Made by a program: the position numbers and the translations under genes. This document shows positions 50,652 to 60,346 of a stretch of 64,000 nucleotides of DNA, piece after piece (positions within the stretch are counted from its first letter, which is position 1; the number at the start of each line of letters is the position of its first letter). The notes under the pieces were generated by a model. The model saw only the letters and a list, made by a program, of their open reading frames with translations, was not told the DNA's origin and searched no databases. Source of the stretch: Acidimicrobiia bacterium (lineage in GTDB: Bacteria; Actinomycetota; Acidimicrobiia; IMCC26256; PALSA-610); the NCBI GenBank assembly GCA_052148155.1, contig JBKQIY010000188.1:26090-90089 (forward strand). Reading direction: 5' to 3'.

Positions 50652-51749
50652 ATGTTGGACCGCATGCAACGGCTCCGGCGCGGGGCTCTGACCGGAGTCG
50701 GCGCGGCCACCGCCATTGTCCTGCTCGCGAGCTGCGGCGCGACCGGCCCGGACAATGGCCAGAACGCGTTGCATCCGTCGGGCCCCGCAGGCCACACCAT
50801 CATGAACCTGTTCACCCCGTTCTTTTGGATCGCGGTGGTCATCGGGGTGGCGGTGTTGGCGATGACCGTCTATGTCGCGCTGCGCTTCCGGGCCAAGCCG
50901 GGCGACGATCGCGAGCCCGTACAGGTGCACGGCAACACGGTGCTGGAGATCAGCTGGACGATCGTGCCCGCGGTGCTGTTGGCGATCATGGCCGTCCCCA
51001 CGGTCGCAACGATCTTCAGCCTGGCCAAGATCCCGACCGGTCCGAACGTCGTGCACGTCCACGTCGACGCTCGCCAGTGGTTCTGGCAATACGACTACAC
51101 CGACAAAGGAACCGACTTCTACACCGCCAACGAGCTGCACATTCCGGTCGGTCAGCCGGTCGTGTTGACCCTCACGAGCAGCAACGTCATCCACTCGTTC
51201 TGGGTGCCGGAGCTCGCCGGCAAGAAGGACGTCGTTCCCGGCCATCCCAACACGCTCACGATCGAGGCGGACAAGGTCGGCACCTACCTCGGGCAGTGCG
51301 CCCAGTACTGCGGTATCTCGCACGCCAACATGCGTCTACGCGTCATCGCGCAGACCAAAGCCGACTACGACACGTGGGTGGCCCAGCAGCAGACGCAGCT
51401 CTCAGCCGCGAAGGTCACGCAGTTCACGCAGCAGATCTCGAATCGGTGGGGCTGCCTGTCGTGCCACTCGGTCACGAATCTTGCCAGCAACATCGGCGCG
51501 ACGATCGGACCGAACCTGACGCACGTCGGTGACCGTGAGGCGTTCGCCGGCGACATTTACCCGATGACCCTCACGAACTTGACGAAGTGGGTCTACGACG
51601 CGCCCGGTCGTAAGCCGCACGGCGACCTCGTGGGTTGGATGCCTGACTTCTCCTCACGCGGGATGACGATGGCGCAGGCGCAGCAGATCGCGAAGTTCCT
51701 ACTGTGCGAAACCGCGACCGATCCCAATTCACATCCGGAGTGCCGGTGA
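50652..51749 (+). CDS. ctaC: Cytochrome c oxidase subunit II with fused cytochrome c domain (caa3-type)
   Basis: Lipobox (VLLASCG), two TM helices, a CuA site (HSFWVPE...CAQYCGISHANM), and a C-terminal CxxCH (WGCLSCHS). Confidence 0.92.
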   Translation: MLDRMQRLRRGALTGVGAATAIVLLASCGATGPDNGQNALHPSGPAGHTIMNLFTPFFWIAVVIGVAVLAMTVYVALRFRAKPGDDREPVQVHGNTVLEISWTIVPAVLLAIMAVPTVATIFSLAKIPTGPNVVHVHVDARQWFWQYDYTDKGTDFYTANELHIPVGQPVVLTLTSSNVIHSFWVPELAGKKDVVPGHPNTLTIEADKVGTYLGQCAQYCGISHANMRLRVIAQTKADYDTWVAQQQTQLSAAKVTQFTQQISNRWGCLSCHSVTNLASNIGATIGPNLTHVGDREAFAGDIYPMTLTNLTKWVYDAPGRKPHGDLVGWMPDFSSRGMTMAQAQQIAKFLLCETATDPNSHPECR

Positions 51750-51750
51750 C

Positions 51751-53667
51751 ATGACCACTGTCGAAGAGGCCAGCGTCCTGTTTCAGGCTCCAGTCAAGCG
51801 GAGCATCCTTGATCGTCCGCGGTCGACGACCGGCGCGTGGAGCTGGTTCACCACCGTCGATCACAAGAAGATCGCGATCATGTACGGCACGACGGCGATG
51901 TTCTTCTTCCTCGTCGGCGGTATCGAAGCATTGATGCTCCGCATCCAGCTCGCACAGCCGAACGGCACGTTCCTCTCGGCCGCTCGTTATAACGAGTTCT
52001 TCACGATGCACGGCACCACGATGATTTTCCTCATGGGAATGCCTCTCGCGGCCGCGTTCGGCAACTACTTCATCCCGCTCATGATCGGCGCCCGTGACGT
52101 CGCGTTCCCGCGCCTCAACATGTTCGGCTTCTGGGTGTTCCTCTTCGGCGGAATTTTCCTGTACTCCTCGTTCGTACTCGGCGGCGCCCCTGACGGCGGA
52201 TGGTTCGGGTACGCGCCGCTCACAAGTACACCGCTCTCCCAAGGTTTCCTCCCCGGTAGGGGCGCAGACTTCTGGGCCGTCGGTCTCATCATGCTGGGCA
52301 TCGGATCAGTCGCGACCGCGGTCAATTTCATCGTCACCGCGCTCAACATGCGCGCGCCAGGCATGACGATGATGAAGATGCCGGTCTTCGTGTGGATGAT
52401 GCTCGTCGTCGCGTTTCTGACAGTCTTCGCAATGCCGCCGCTCACCGCGGCGCTCATCCAGGTCTTCATGGACCGGAACTTCCACACCAACTTCTTCAAT
52501 GCGGCAGCGGGCGGAGACCCACTGCTATACCAGAACCTCTTTTGGATATTCGGCCATCCCGAGGTGTACATCCTCATCCTCCCGGGTATGGCGATCGTGT
52601 CCGAGATCCTGCCGGTCTTCTCCCGCAAACCGTTGTTCGGCTACTCGGTCGTGGTGTTCTCCGGTATCGCGATCGGCCTCCTCGGCTGGGGCGTGTGGGC
52701 GCACCACATGTTCGTCAGCGGTATCGGTCCCGTCGCGCAGGCTGCGTTCAGCCTCTCGACGATGCTCATCGCGATTCCCACAGGCGTGAAGATCTTCAAC
52801 TGGCTCGCCACCGTGTGGGGCGGCAAGGTCCGACTCGCGACGCCGATGCTGTTCGCGTTGGGCTTCATCGCCCAGTTCACGATCGGTGGGCTCTCGGGTG
52901 TCATGAACTCGATCGTGCCTTCCGACACCCAACAGAACGACACGTACTTCGTGGTCGCGCACTTCCACTACGTCCTGTTCGGTGGGCTCGTCTTCGCGAT
53001 CTTCGGCGGCATCTACTACTGGTTCCCGAAGATTTCCGGGAAGATGCTGAGCGAATATATGGGCAAGTGGAACTTCTGGCTCATGGTGATCGGGTTCAAC
53101 CTCACCTTCTTCCCGATGCACTTCCTGGGTTTCGAAGGCGAACCCCGACGCACCTACACGTATCCGAGCGGCATGGGCTGGGGCACCCTGAACCTGATGT
53201 CGACCATCGGTGCTTTCATCATCGCGGTCTCCGTCCTCGTCTTCCTCGTCAACGTGATCTTCACGATTCGTCGGGGCGAGCTCGCCCCCGAAGATCCGTG
53301 GGATGCGCGCACGCTCGAATGGCTGACGTCATCGCCTCCTCCCGAATACAACTTCGCTGAGGTTCCCATCGTCGAGGCACGCGACGAATTCTGGCACCGC
53401 AAGTACACCGAGGACGACGAAGGCCGGCTCGTCAAACTGCCTCCGAGTGCCGCGTCGGCGATTCCCGCGCGGCGCGATCACAACGAGCCACATCACATCC
53501 ACATGCCGTCCCCGTCCTACTGGCCGTTCGTCCTCGCGCTCGGGTTGCCGATCATGGGGTACGGCTTCGTCTTCAAGTTCTATTGGCTGATCGCGATCGG
53601 GGCGTTGGTCACGTTCTTCGGACTCAACGCCCTGAACTCGGAGCCGGCGACGGAGGAGTCACACTGA
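51751..53667 (+). CDS. ctaD: Cytochrome c oxidase subunit I (with a two-helix C-terminal extension)
   Basis: Canonical heme-copper oxidase subunit I (WFTTVDHKKIAIMY, WIFGHPEVYILILP, HHMF, HFHYVLFGG). 638 aa. The last roughly 90 aa add HMPSPSYWPFVLALGLPIMGYGFVF...YWLIAIGALVTFFGLNAL. Confidence 0.95.
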   Translation: MTTVEEASVLFQAPVKRSILDRPRSTTGAWSWFTTVDHKKIAIMYGTTAMFFFLVGGIEALMLRIQLAQPNGTFLSAARYNEFFTMHGTTMIFLMGMPLAAAFGNYFIPLMIGARDVAFPRLNMFGFWVFLFGGIFLYSSFVLGGAPDGGWFGYAPLTSTPLSQGFLPGRGADFWAVGLIMLGIGSVATAVNFIVTALNMRAPGMTMMKMPVFVWMMLVVAFLTVFAMPPLTAALIQVFMDRNFHTNFFNAAAGGDPLLYQNLFWIFGHPEVYILILPGMAIVSEILPVFSRKPLFGYSVVVFSGIAIGLLGWGVWAHHMFVSGIGPVAQAAFSLSTMLIAIPTGVKIFNWLATVWGGKVRLATPMLFALGFIAQFTIGGLSGVMNSIVPSDTQQNDTYFVVAHFHYVLFGGLVFAIFGGIYYWFPKISGKMLSEYMGKWNFWLMVIGFNLTFFPMHFLGFEGEPRRTYTYPSGMGWGTLNLMSTIGAFIIAVSVLVFLVNVIFTIRRGELAPEDPWDARTLEWLTSSPPPEYNFAEVPIVEARDEFWHRKYTEDDEGRLVKLPPSAASAIPARRDHNEPHHIHMPSPSYWPFVLALGLPIMGYGFVFKFYWLIAIGALVTFFGLNALNSEPATEESH

Positions 53668-54308
53668 TGGCGCAAACCGTTGTCGCGACCAGCGAAACCG
53701 ATCCGGTCGTTCCGCACACGCCTCAGCCGCTCCAGACCAACACCGGAGTCAGCAACAACAAGCTCGCGATCTGGGTGTTCATCGCTTCGGAGAGCCTCTT
53801 TTTCGGCGCGTTCATCTCGACCTACTTCCTGTACCGCGGCCGCGACGCGCAATTCCTCAAGGGCCCAACCCCGAGCAGCACGCTGAATATCCCGTTCACT
53901 TCGGTGACGTCGTTCGTGCTGCTGATGAGCTCTCTCACCATGGTGCTCGCCCTCGCCGCGATCCGGCGTGGCGACCACCGACGGTTCCGCATCTGGATCT
54001 TGACCACCGCCATCTTCGGAATGACGTTCATTTCGGGCCAGGTCTACGAGTTCACCGAGTTCTACCGCGAAGGTCTGCACCTCGGCACCAACCTGTTCGG
54101 TACCACCTTCTTCGTCTTGACCGGCCTACACGGCGCACACGTGACGATCGGCATCATTTGGCTCCTGACCCTGTACGGCCGGTCGATGCAAGGCAAACTG
54201 GGTACGGAGCGGTCCGAGGCGGTCGAGATTGCCGGTCTGTACTGGCACTTCGTCGACGTCGTCTGGATCTTCATCTTCACTGCCGTCTATCTGATTCCTC
54301 AGCACTAG
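53667..54308 (+). CDS. ctaE: Cytochrome c oxidase subunit III
   Basis: NNKLAIWVFIASESLFFGAFISTYF...TGLHGAHVTIG...YWHFVDVVWIFIF. The ATG overlaps the ctaD stop (TGATG). The track start at 53583 is an extension. Confidence 0.92.
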   Translation: MAQTVVATSETDPVVPHTPQPLQTNTGVSNNKLAIWVFIASESLFFGAFISTYFLYRGRDAQFLKGPTPSSTLNIPFTSVTSFVLLMSSLTMVLALAAIRRGDHRRFRIWILTTAIFGMTFISGQVYEFTEFYREGLHLGTNLFGTTFFVLTGLHGAHVTIGIIWLLTLYGRSMQGKLGTERSEAVEIAGLYWHFVDVVWIFIFTAVYLIPQH

Positions 54309-54318
54309 CGGGGCCGGA

Positions 54319-54735
54319 ATGAGCGATCAGGTCACCGAAATCGAAACCTCCGCCGAAGGTGACAGGCCCGGCACCGCCGTCGCCGTGGCGGACGATCACG
54401 GCGCGCTCGTTGCGTCGGCCGGGCACGTCGCGGTCCCCGACGAGCACGGCAACCACCCGACGCCACGCCAGTATGTGCTCATCGCGGTGGTGCTGGTGGT
54501 CATCACCAGTGTCGAGATCGCGACCTCGTATCTGAACACCGGTCACACCAACCTGGTCATCGTCGCGTTATTTCTGATGGCAGGCATCAAGTGTTTCATG
54601 GTCGCCGCGTGGTACATGCACATGAAGACCGACCAGCCGTTCTTCCGTCGCATCTTCGTGACCGGTTTGGTTGGCGCGGGCATCGTCTACGGCATCGTCA
54701 TGTTCGTATTCTCGAGCACGGTGCTGAAGTCGTAG
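54319..54735 (+). CDS. ctaF: Cytochrome c oxidase subunit IV (bacterial COX4_pro / Bacillus CtaF type)
   Basis: HPTPRQYVLIAVVLVVITSVEIATSYL...LVIVALFLMAGIKCFMVAAWYMHMK is a three-TM pattern typical of this family. Confidence 0.8.
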   Translation: MSDQVTEIETSAEGDRPGTAVAVADDHGALVASAGHVAVPDEHGNHPTPRQYVLIAVVLVVITSVEIATSYLNTGHTNLVIVALFLMAGIKCFMVAAWYMHMKTDQPFFRRIFVTGLVGAGIVYGIVMFVFSSTVLKS

Positions 54736-54744
54736 GTCGCTGCC

Positions 54745-55599
54745 GTGATCGCCAACGTTCCGTTTCCCGCTTGGACACCGCACCCGGAAGTTTGGTTGCT
54801 GGTCGCGTTGTTCGCCGTGGGCTACGCGCTGGCGATGACGCGTCTCGGACCCCGCCTCGCGCCAAACGGCACTCCGGTCGTCACGCGCTTCCAGGTGGTG
54901 TCGTTTTCCGCAGGGTTGCTCGCGCTCTGGGTCGCGTCCGACTGGCCGATCCACGACATCGCCGAAAAGTATCTGTTTTCGGTGCACATGCTGCAGCACG
55001 TCACGTACTCGATTGTCGCGGCGCCGCTGATGCTCATCGGCACGCCGACCTGGTTCGCGCGCTGGCTCCTGTCACCCCGATGGCTGCTGACCACAGTTCG
55101 GTATCTTTCCCGGCTCATCCCCGCGACGATCGTCTTCAACGTCGTGATCATCGTGACACACACGCCGGTCGTGGTGAACGCCGCGCTCGAGCACGCGCCT
55201 TTGCATTTTGGTGTCCATGCGCTCATCTTCGTTTCGTCTCTGATCGTGTGGATGCCAGTATTGAGCCCATTACCCGAGGTGCCGCGCCTGCAGCCGCTCG
55301 CACGCCTGCTGTTCCTCTTTTTGCAGTCGGTGGTCCCGACCGTTCCTGCGTCGTTTCTCACCTTCGGTACCAAGCCGCTGTACTCCTTCTACAACCACGT
55401 GCCGCGCCTGTTCGGCATATCTGAACTCACCGACATGCAGCTTGCGGGCGTCATCATGAAAATCGGTGTCGGATTCGCCCTCTGGGTGGCGATCACGATC
55501 CTGTTCTTCAAGTGGTACAACGCCGAAGAGGTTCCCGCTCCCTCGCGGCGGGTGTCGCGAGACCTAGAACGCGAGCTGATGGGATTGCGCCAACCATGA
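54745..55599 (+). CDS. ctaG: Cytochrome c oxidase assembly factor CtaG (Bacillus caa3_CtaG type)
   Basis: Polytopic membrane protein with FSVHMLQHVTYSIVAAPLMLIGTP and HTPVVVNAALEHAPLHFGVH motifs. Confidence 0.8.
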   Translation: MIANVPFPAWTPHPEVWLLVALFAVGYALAMTRLGPRLAPNGTPVVTRFQVVSFSAGLLALWVASDWPIHDIAEKYLFSVHMLQHVTYSIVAAPLMLIGTPTWFARWLLSPRWLLTTVRYLSRLIPATIVFNVVIIVTHTPVVVNAALEHAPLHFGVHALIFVSSLIVWMPVLSPLPEVPRLQPLARLLFLFLQSVVPTVPASFLTFGTKPLYSFYNHVPRLFGISELTDMQLAGVIMKIGVGFALWVAITILFFKWYNAEEVPAPSRRVSRDLERELMGLRQP

Positions 55600-56399
55600 C
55601 CGACGAAACCTCCGACTCGGGCAGCGTCGCGACCGATCCAGGACCGGCCGAGGCCGCGCCGGCCGTGGTCGAGGCCGCAGCGGTCGAGCCCGTACCCGCC
55701 ACGCCGGTGCCGTTCTGGCAGCGCCCGAACGTCGAACGTTACGTCGTCCCGCTCATGACCCCGATCCTGGTCGTCGTCGGGATCGTCGTCTACGTCCTCA
55801 ATCTGTCGCGGGTGTTCTTGTCGGCGCACGGTCACACGTCGATCATCGTCGGGACCTGCGTCACCGTCATCATCCTGCTCGGCTCGACCGTGCTCTCGAA
55901 CTCTTCAAGGCTGCGGTCGACGTCGATCGCTCTGATGACCGCAGCGTTCTTGTTGCTCATCTTCGGTTCGGGCTGGCTGGTGCTCGGTCACTCACAGCTC
56001 AAGGGCACGAACTCGGCGGTCCTCACCGCGACCGGTCCGTCGCAGGGGTCGTTCACGATCACGGCCCAGCCGGGCGCCGCGTTGTCGTTCGGGCCGTCGA
56101 GCCTCTCGGCAAAGACCGGCATCTACTCCGTGACCCTGCATGACGGCGCCAACACCACCCACACGCTCAACTTCGACCAGACGTCCACGCTGTGGGCCGG
56201 ACTCGTCGTGAACTCTCAAGGCGAAAAGTTGACGTCGAGGATCTTCTTCCCCACCGCAGGCGACTACACCTACTACTGCGCGGTGACTGGCCACCGCGCC
56301 GCAGGCATGCAGGGCGTCATACACGTGACCGGCCCCACGCTCACGCTCGCCCAAGCCGAGGCTGCCGGAAAGCCCACGGGTGGCACGGGAGGAACTTAG
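55596..56399 (+). CDS. Membrane-anchored cupredoxin (type-1 copper) protein
   Basis: The ATG overlaps the ctaG stop (ATGA). Three TM helices are followed by a C-terminal cupredoxin domain carrying a full ligand set: H (TTHTLNF) and C-x4-H-x4-M (YYCAVTGHRAAGM). Confidence 0.75.
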   Translation: MTDETSDSGSVATDPGPAEAAPAVVEAAAVEPVPATPVPFWQRPNVERYVVPLMTPILVVVGIVVYVLNLSRVFLSAHGHTSIIVGTCVTVIILLGSTVLSNSSRLRSTSIALMTAAFLLLIFGSGWLVLGHSQLKGTNSAVLTATGPSQGSFTITAQPGAALSFGPSSLSAKTGIYSVTLHDGANTTHTLNFDQTSTLWAGLVVNSQGEKLTSRIFFPTAGDYTYYCAVTGHRAAGMQGVIHVTGPTLTLAQAEAAGKPTGGTGGT

Positions 56400-56489
56400 A
56401 ACCCGACCACTCGCCGGTCAGGCGAATCGCGTGTCCCAGCCGCTCGCAACGCGTCGTCGTGCGACGTTCGCGAGCTCAGGCCAGGCTGG

Positions 56490-57362
56490 TCACGGCACCC
56501 GAACCGTCAGCGCGGCCGGGACGGCCTGCATCGTTGCGGGGAGCGGGCCGACTCGTTCGCCGTCGGCGTAGACGTCCATAGGTACCGACTCGTCGAGCGA
56601 CGTGAGATCGACACGCGTACCGCGGAACGTACTGACGAGTGGGTGCGACACGTGGGTGCCCTTGAAGACCTTAGGAAAGTTGATGAGCATCTGCCCTCGT
56701 GTCATCGCACCGACCACGGTCACGTCGAGCAGGCCGTCGTCGAGCAGCGCGTCGGGTGCGATGTTCATGCCGCCGCCGTAGGCAGGGCCGTTGCCGACCG
56801 CGACGAGCCACGCACGGAACTCGTGCGTCTCGCCGTCGACCGTCAGCCGGAACGGATGTGGCTTATACACGGCCAGCGTCCGCAACACCGCCGCGACGTA
56901 CAGGGCAGTTCCCGACAGTCGGTGCACCGTGTTCGCCCAACGGTTGGCTTCAGCGTCGAATCCGGACGCCGTCACGCACGTATACCAGCGTCCGTTGACG
57001 CGCCCGAGGTCGATGACCCGGTCATGGCCGTGCTCGAGCGCCTCGAACGCGTCGAGCGGACGCTTGGGGTCGTAGCCGAGTCCACGCGCGAAGTCGTTGC
57101 CCGCTCCGGTCGGGACCACCGCAAGCGCGCGCCCCGTGTCGGCAGCGACACCAGCCAACGCCGCGGCGATACCGTCACCGCCACAGGCCACCAGGTCATG
57201 GCCCTGCCCCGCCGCGTCGCGGGCCAAACGGACCGGATCATCGGGGCTGAGGGACACGTGAACCTTGGCGCCCAGGCCAGCCGCGCGCTCTTCGATCGCG
57301 GGCAGGAGTTTGCGGGTCCGCCCCCGTCCGGCCACCGGATTGACGATCACAGTCCACACCAT
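56490..57362 (-). CDS. Diacylglycerol-kinase-family lipid kinase (YegS/DagK type)
   Basis: MVWTVIVNPVAGRGR...LVACGGDGIAAALAG...VVPTGAGNDFARGLG. 290 aa starting at ATG 57362. The track 532-aa ORF (to 58088) is an extension antisense to uppS. Confidence 0.88.
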   Translation of the reverse strand: MVWTVIVNPVAGRGRTRKLLPAIEERAAGLGAKVHVSLSPDDPVRLARDAAGQGHDLVACGGDGIAAALAGVAADTGRALAVVPTGAGNDFARGLGYDPKRPLDAFEALEHGHDRVIDLGRVNGRWYTCVTASGFDAEANRWANTVHRLSGTALYVAAVLRTLAVYKPHPFRLTVDGETHEFRAWLVAVGNGPAYGGGMNIAPDALLDDGLLDVTVVGAMTRGQMLINFPKVFKGTHVSHPLVSTFRGTRVDLTSLDESVPMDVYADGERVGPLPATMQAVPAALTVRVP

Positions 57363-57422
57363 GTCCGGGGAGGGTAGTGAAACTTCAGTGGAGACGGTCG
57401 GGACACGCCTTCGCCGCTCGAC

Positions 57423-58184
57423 GTGCGCGATACGTTCCTCTTCGTGGCGCAATTCGATCCCGCGCGCGTTTCGAAGATCCGGGCGAAGGTGCCGACCCAC
57501 GTCGCGATCGTCATGGACGGCAACGGACGGTGGGCGCAGCGACGCGGTTTGAAGCGTACCGACGGCCACGCGGCCGGCGAAGAAGCACTCTTCGACACCG
57601 TCGAGGGCGCGCTCGAGGTTGGACTCGAGTGGCTGACGGTATACGCGTTTTCGACCGAGAACTGGCGCCGGCCGCTCGACGAGGTCCGCTTCCTCATGAA
57701 CTTCAACGAGCGGCTCCTGGTGTCGCGCCGCGACGAGCTCAACGGCAAAGGGGTGCGCGTCCGGTTCATCGGCCGCCGAACCGGCCGAGTGCCCCGTCGA
57801 GTGCTTCGTCGCATCCAGGAAACGGAGGCGATGACCGCCCGCAATCGCCGGCTCACGCTCACCTTCGCGTTCAACTACGGCGGTCGAGCCGAGCTGGCCG
57901 ACGCGGTACGGGCGATCGCCCACGACGTCGCGGCCGGTCGCCTCGATCCAGAACGCGTCGACGAGCGCGTGTTGCACAAGCACCTGTACGCACCGGACAT
58001 GCCCGACCCCGACCTGTTGGTACGCACTTCGGGAGAGCACCGAATCTCGAACTATCTGTTGTGGCAGGTCGCGTACTCGGAGTTGCACTTCACCGACGTG
58101 TTATGGCCCGACTTCCGACGCGAGCACCTCTTCGGCGCCATCGAGGAGTTCCAGCGTCGCGAGCGCCGCTTCGGCGCCGTCTAG
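57423..58184 (+). CDS. uppS: Isoprenyl (undecaprenyl/decaprenyl) diphosphate synthase, cis-prenyltransferase
   Basis: HVAIVMDGNGRWA, TVYAFSTENWRRP and RTSGEHRISNYLLWQVAYSELHF. Confidence 0.94.
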   Translation: MRDTFLFVAQFDPARVSKIRAKVPTHVAIVMDGNGRWAQRRGLKRTDGHAAGEEALFDTVEGALEVGLEWLTVYAFSTENWRRPLDEVRFLMNFNERLLVSRRDELNGKGVRVRFIGRRTGRVPRRVLRRIQETEAMTARNRRLTLTFAFNYGGRAELADAVRAIAHDVAAGRLDPERVDERVLHKHLYAPDMPDPDLLVRTSGEHRISNYLLWQVAYSELHFTDVLWPDFRREHLFGAIEEFQRRERRFGAV

Positions 58185-58200
58185 GAATTACACTGTTGTA

Positions 58201-58977
58201 ATGCCGGGTCTGTATCGCGACGAAGGAGTCGTGCTTCGCGCGATCAAGCTCGGCGAGGCGGACCGGATCGTCACGATCCTCACCCAAGGTCACGGCAAGA
58301 TCCGTGCCGTCGCCAAGGGGATCCGCAAGACGACAAGCAAGTTCGGCGCCCGCCTCGAGCCGACCAGCCGAGTCGCGCTGCAGTGTTACAAAGGCCGCGA
58401 GCTCGACATCGTGACCCAGACCGAGACGCTCGAATCGAATCGCGCACTGCGCGAGGAATACGCACTGCTGACGCGCTCGGTTCCGATGCTCGAGGCGGTC
58501 GACCAGGTCGCCCAGGAGCGCGAGCCCAACCCGGCGATGTACCGAATGTTGGCAGGCGCGTTGCATACGCTCGAAACCACTCGCAATCCGCTCGTCACCC
58601 CCGCCTTTTTCTGGAAGTTGCTGTCGCTCGAAGGCTTCCACCCGATGCTCGACATGTGCGCCCGGTGCGGCGAGCCCCCGGAGCTCGTCGACGACCACGA
58701 TGGCGTCGACGCCCAAGCATCTCGCGACGAGCACGAGCACGAGCTGGTTGCGTTCGATCTCGACGAGGGCGGCACGGTGTGTCGGGCGTGCGCGCGCGGC
58801 GGCGGTCGCCCGATCACGCCGGGCGGGCTGGCGTTGCTGCGGCGAGTACTCGGAGGCGGGCTCAACGGCGCGCTGGCCGAGGCGCCGGGTCCGGCAGCAC
58901 ACGAGGTCGAGTACCTCAGCATCCGCGCCCTCGAGCATCACGTCGAGCGTCGTATGCGCTCGACCGCCCTGCTCTGA
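58201..58977 (+). CDS. recO: DNA repair protein RecO
   Basis: [43 protein letters not shown] and the zinc motif CARCG...VCRAC. Confidence 0.93.
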   Translation: MPGLYRDEGVVLRAIKLGEADRIVTILTQGHGKIRAVAKGIRKTTSKFGARLEPTSRVALQCYKGRELDIVTQTETLESNRALREEYALLTRSVPMLEAVDQVAQEREPNPAMYRMLAGALHTLETTRNPLVTPAFFWKLLSLEGFHPMLDMCARCGEPPELVDDHDGVDAQASRDEHEHELVAFDLDEGGTVCRACARGGGRPITPGGLALLRRVLGGGLNGALAEAPGPAAHEVEYLSIRALEHHVERRMRSTALL

Positions 58978-59017
58978 CAGGCGGTCCTGGCAAGAGCGGC
59001 CTGTAGTCTGGCCGGCT

Positions 59018-60346
59018 ATGGCCGCGGCTCCCGATCCGAAGTTGATGGACCGCGTCGTCAACCTCGCCAAGCGGCGGGGACTCGTCTTCCCGTCGTCCGA
59101 GATCTACGGCGGCTTCCGTTCCACCTGGGATTACGGGCCGCTCGGTGTGCTGCTCAAACGCAACGTGAAAGACGCGTGGTGGCGGTCGATGGTGCAGCTC
59201 CGAGACGACATCGTCGGACTCGACGCGTCGATCCTGATGGCCCCGAAGGTCTGGGAGGCGAGCGGTCACGTCGCCACATTTACCGACCCGCTCGTCGACT
59301 GCCGAAACTGCAAGGAACGATTCCGGGCCGATCATCTGCCGGCGTCGGGCGCGTGTCCGAACTGCGGCGCCAAGGACAGCTTCACCGAAGCTCGCCACTT
59401 CAACTTGATGTTCAAAACATATGTCGGACCAGTCGAGGACGACGCGTCGGTCGCGTACCTGCGGCCCGAGACCGCGCAGGGCATCTTCGTCAACTTCAAG
59501 AACGTCCAAACGACGACGCGCAAGAAGCCGCCGTTTGGTATCGCGCAGATCGGCAAGTCGTTCCGCAACGAGATCACACCGGGTAACTTCATTTTCCGGA
59601 CGCGCGAGTTCGAGCAGATGGAGATGGAGTTCTTCGTGCCGCCGGAGGACGCACCGCGCTGGTACGAGTACTGGGTGGCCGAACGCTACCGCTGGTTCAT
59701 CGAGCTCGGCATCCCCGAATCATCGCTCCGCATCCGGCCGCACGATCCCGACGAACTCTCCCACTATTCCGCGGGCACGAGCGATCTCGAGTTCGCGTAC
59801 CCGTGGGGCTGGGGAGAGCTCGAGGGCATCGCGAATCGCGCTGATTTTGACCTCACCCAGCACGCGAAATTCTCGGGCGAGGACCTCACCTATTTCGACC
59901 AGGACGCCGAACGTCGCTACCTCCCGCACGTCATAGAACCCGCGTTGGGTGCCGACCGCGCCATGCTTGCCTTCCTCTTGTCCGCATATCATGAGGAAGA
60001 AGTGAAGGGCGAGAAGCGGACCGTGTTGCGGTTGCATCCCCGTCTCGCGCCGAGCCAGGTCGCGGTGTTGCCACTGTCACGCAACGAGAAGCTCGCACCG
60101 CTCACCGGCGAAATCGCCGACTCGTTGAGGCGCCAATACATGATCGACGTCGATGACGCCGGATCGATCGGCAAACGGTACCGGCGCCAAGATGAAGTCG
60201 GCACGCCCCTGTGCGTCACGGTCGACTTCGACTCGATCGACGATCGCGCCGTCACGGTGCGCGACCGCGACACGATGGAACAAGAGCGCGTTTCGATCGA
60301 CGCACTAATGGGCGCGTTACGGGACCGCCTCGACCCGTTCGCATGA
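59018..60346 (+). CDS. glyQS: Glycine--tRNA ligase (dimeric class II type)
   Basis: [46 protein letters not shown] and an anticodon-binding C-terminus. ATG at 59018. The track start at 58700 lies inside recO. Confidence 0.95.
   Translation: MAAAPDPKLMDRVVNLAKRRGLVFPSSEIYGGFRSTWDYGPLGVLLKRNVKDAWWRSMVQLRDDIVGLDASILMAPKVWEASGHVATFTDPLVDCRNCKERFRADHLPASGACPNCGAKDSFTEARHFNLMFKTYVGPVEDDASVAYLRPETAQGIFVNFKNVQTTTRKKPPFGIAQIGKSFRNEITPGNFIFRTREFEQMEMEFFVPPEDAPRWYEYWVAERYRWFIELGIPESSLRIRPHDPDELSHYSAGTSDLEFAYPWGWGELEGIANRADFDLTQHAKFSGEDLTYFDQDAERRYLPHVIEPALGADRAMLAFLLSAYHEEEVKGEKRTVLRLHPRLAPSQVAVLPLSRNEKLAPLTGEIADSLRRQYMIDVDDAGSIGKRYRRQDEVGTPLCVTVDFDSIDDRAVTVRDRDTMEQERVSIDALMGALRDRLDPFA

Noticed and set aside
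57363-58088. N-terminal 242-aa extension of the 532-aa ORF 56490..58088
   Set aside because: The extension is antisense to uppS and has no kinase-related motifs. The lipid-kinase homology begins exactly at ATG 57362 (MVWTVIVNPVAGRG).
58090-59070. 326-aa minus-strand ORF
   Set aside because: It is antisense to recO and has no recognisable motifs.
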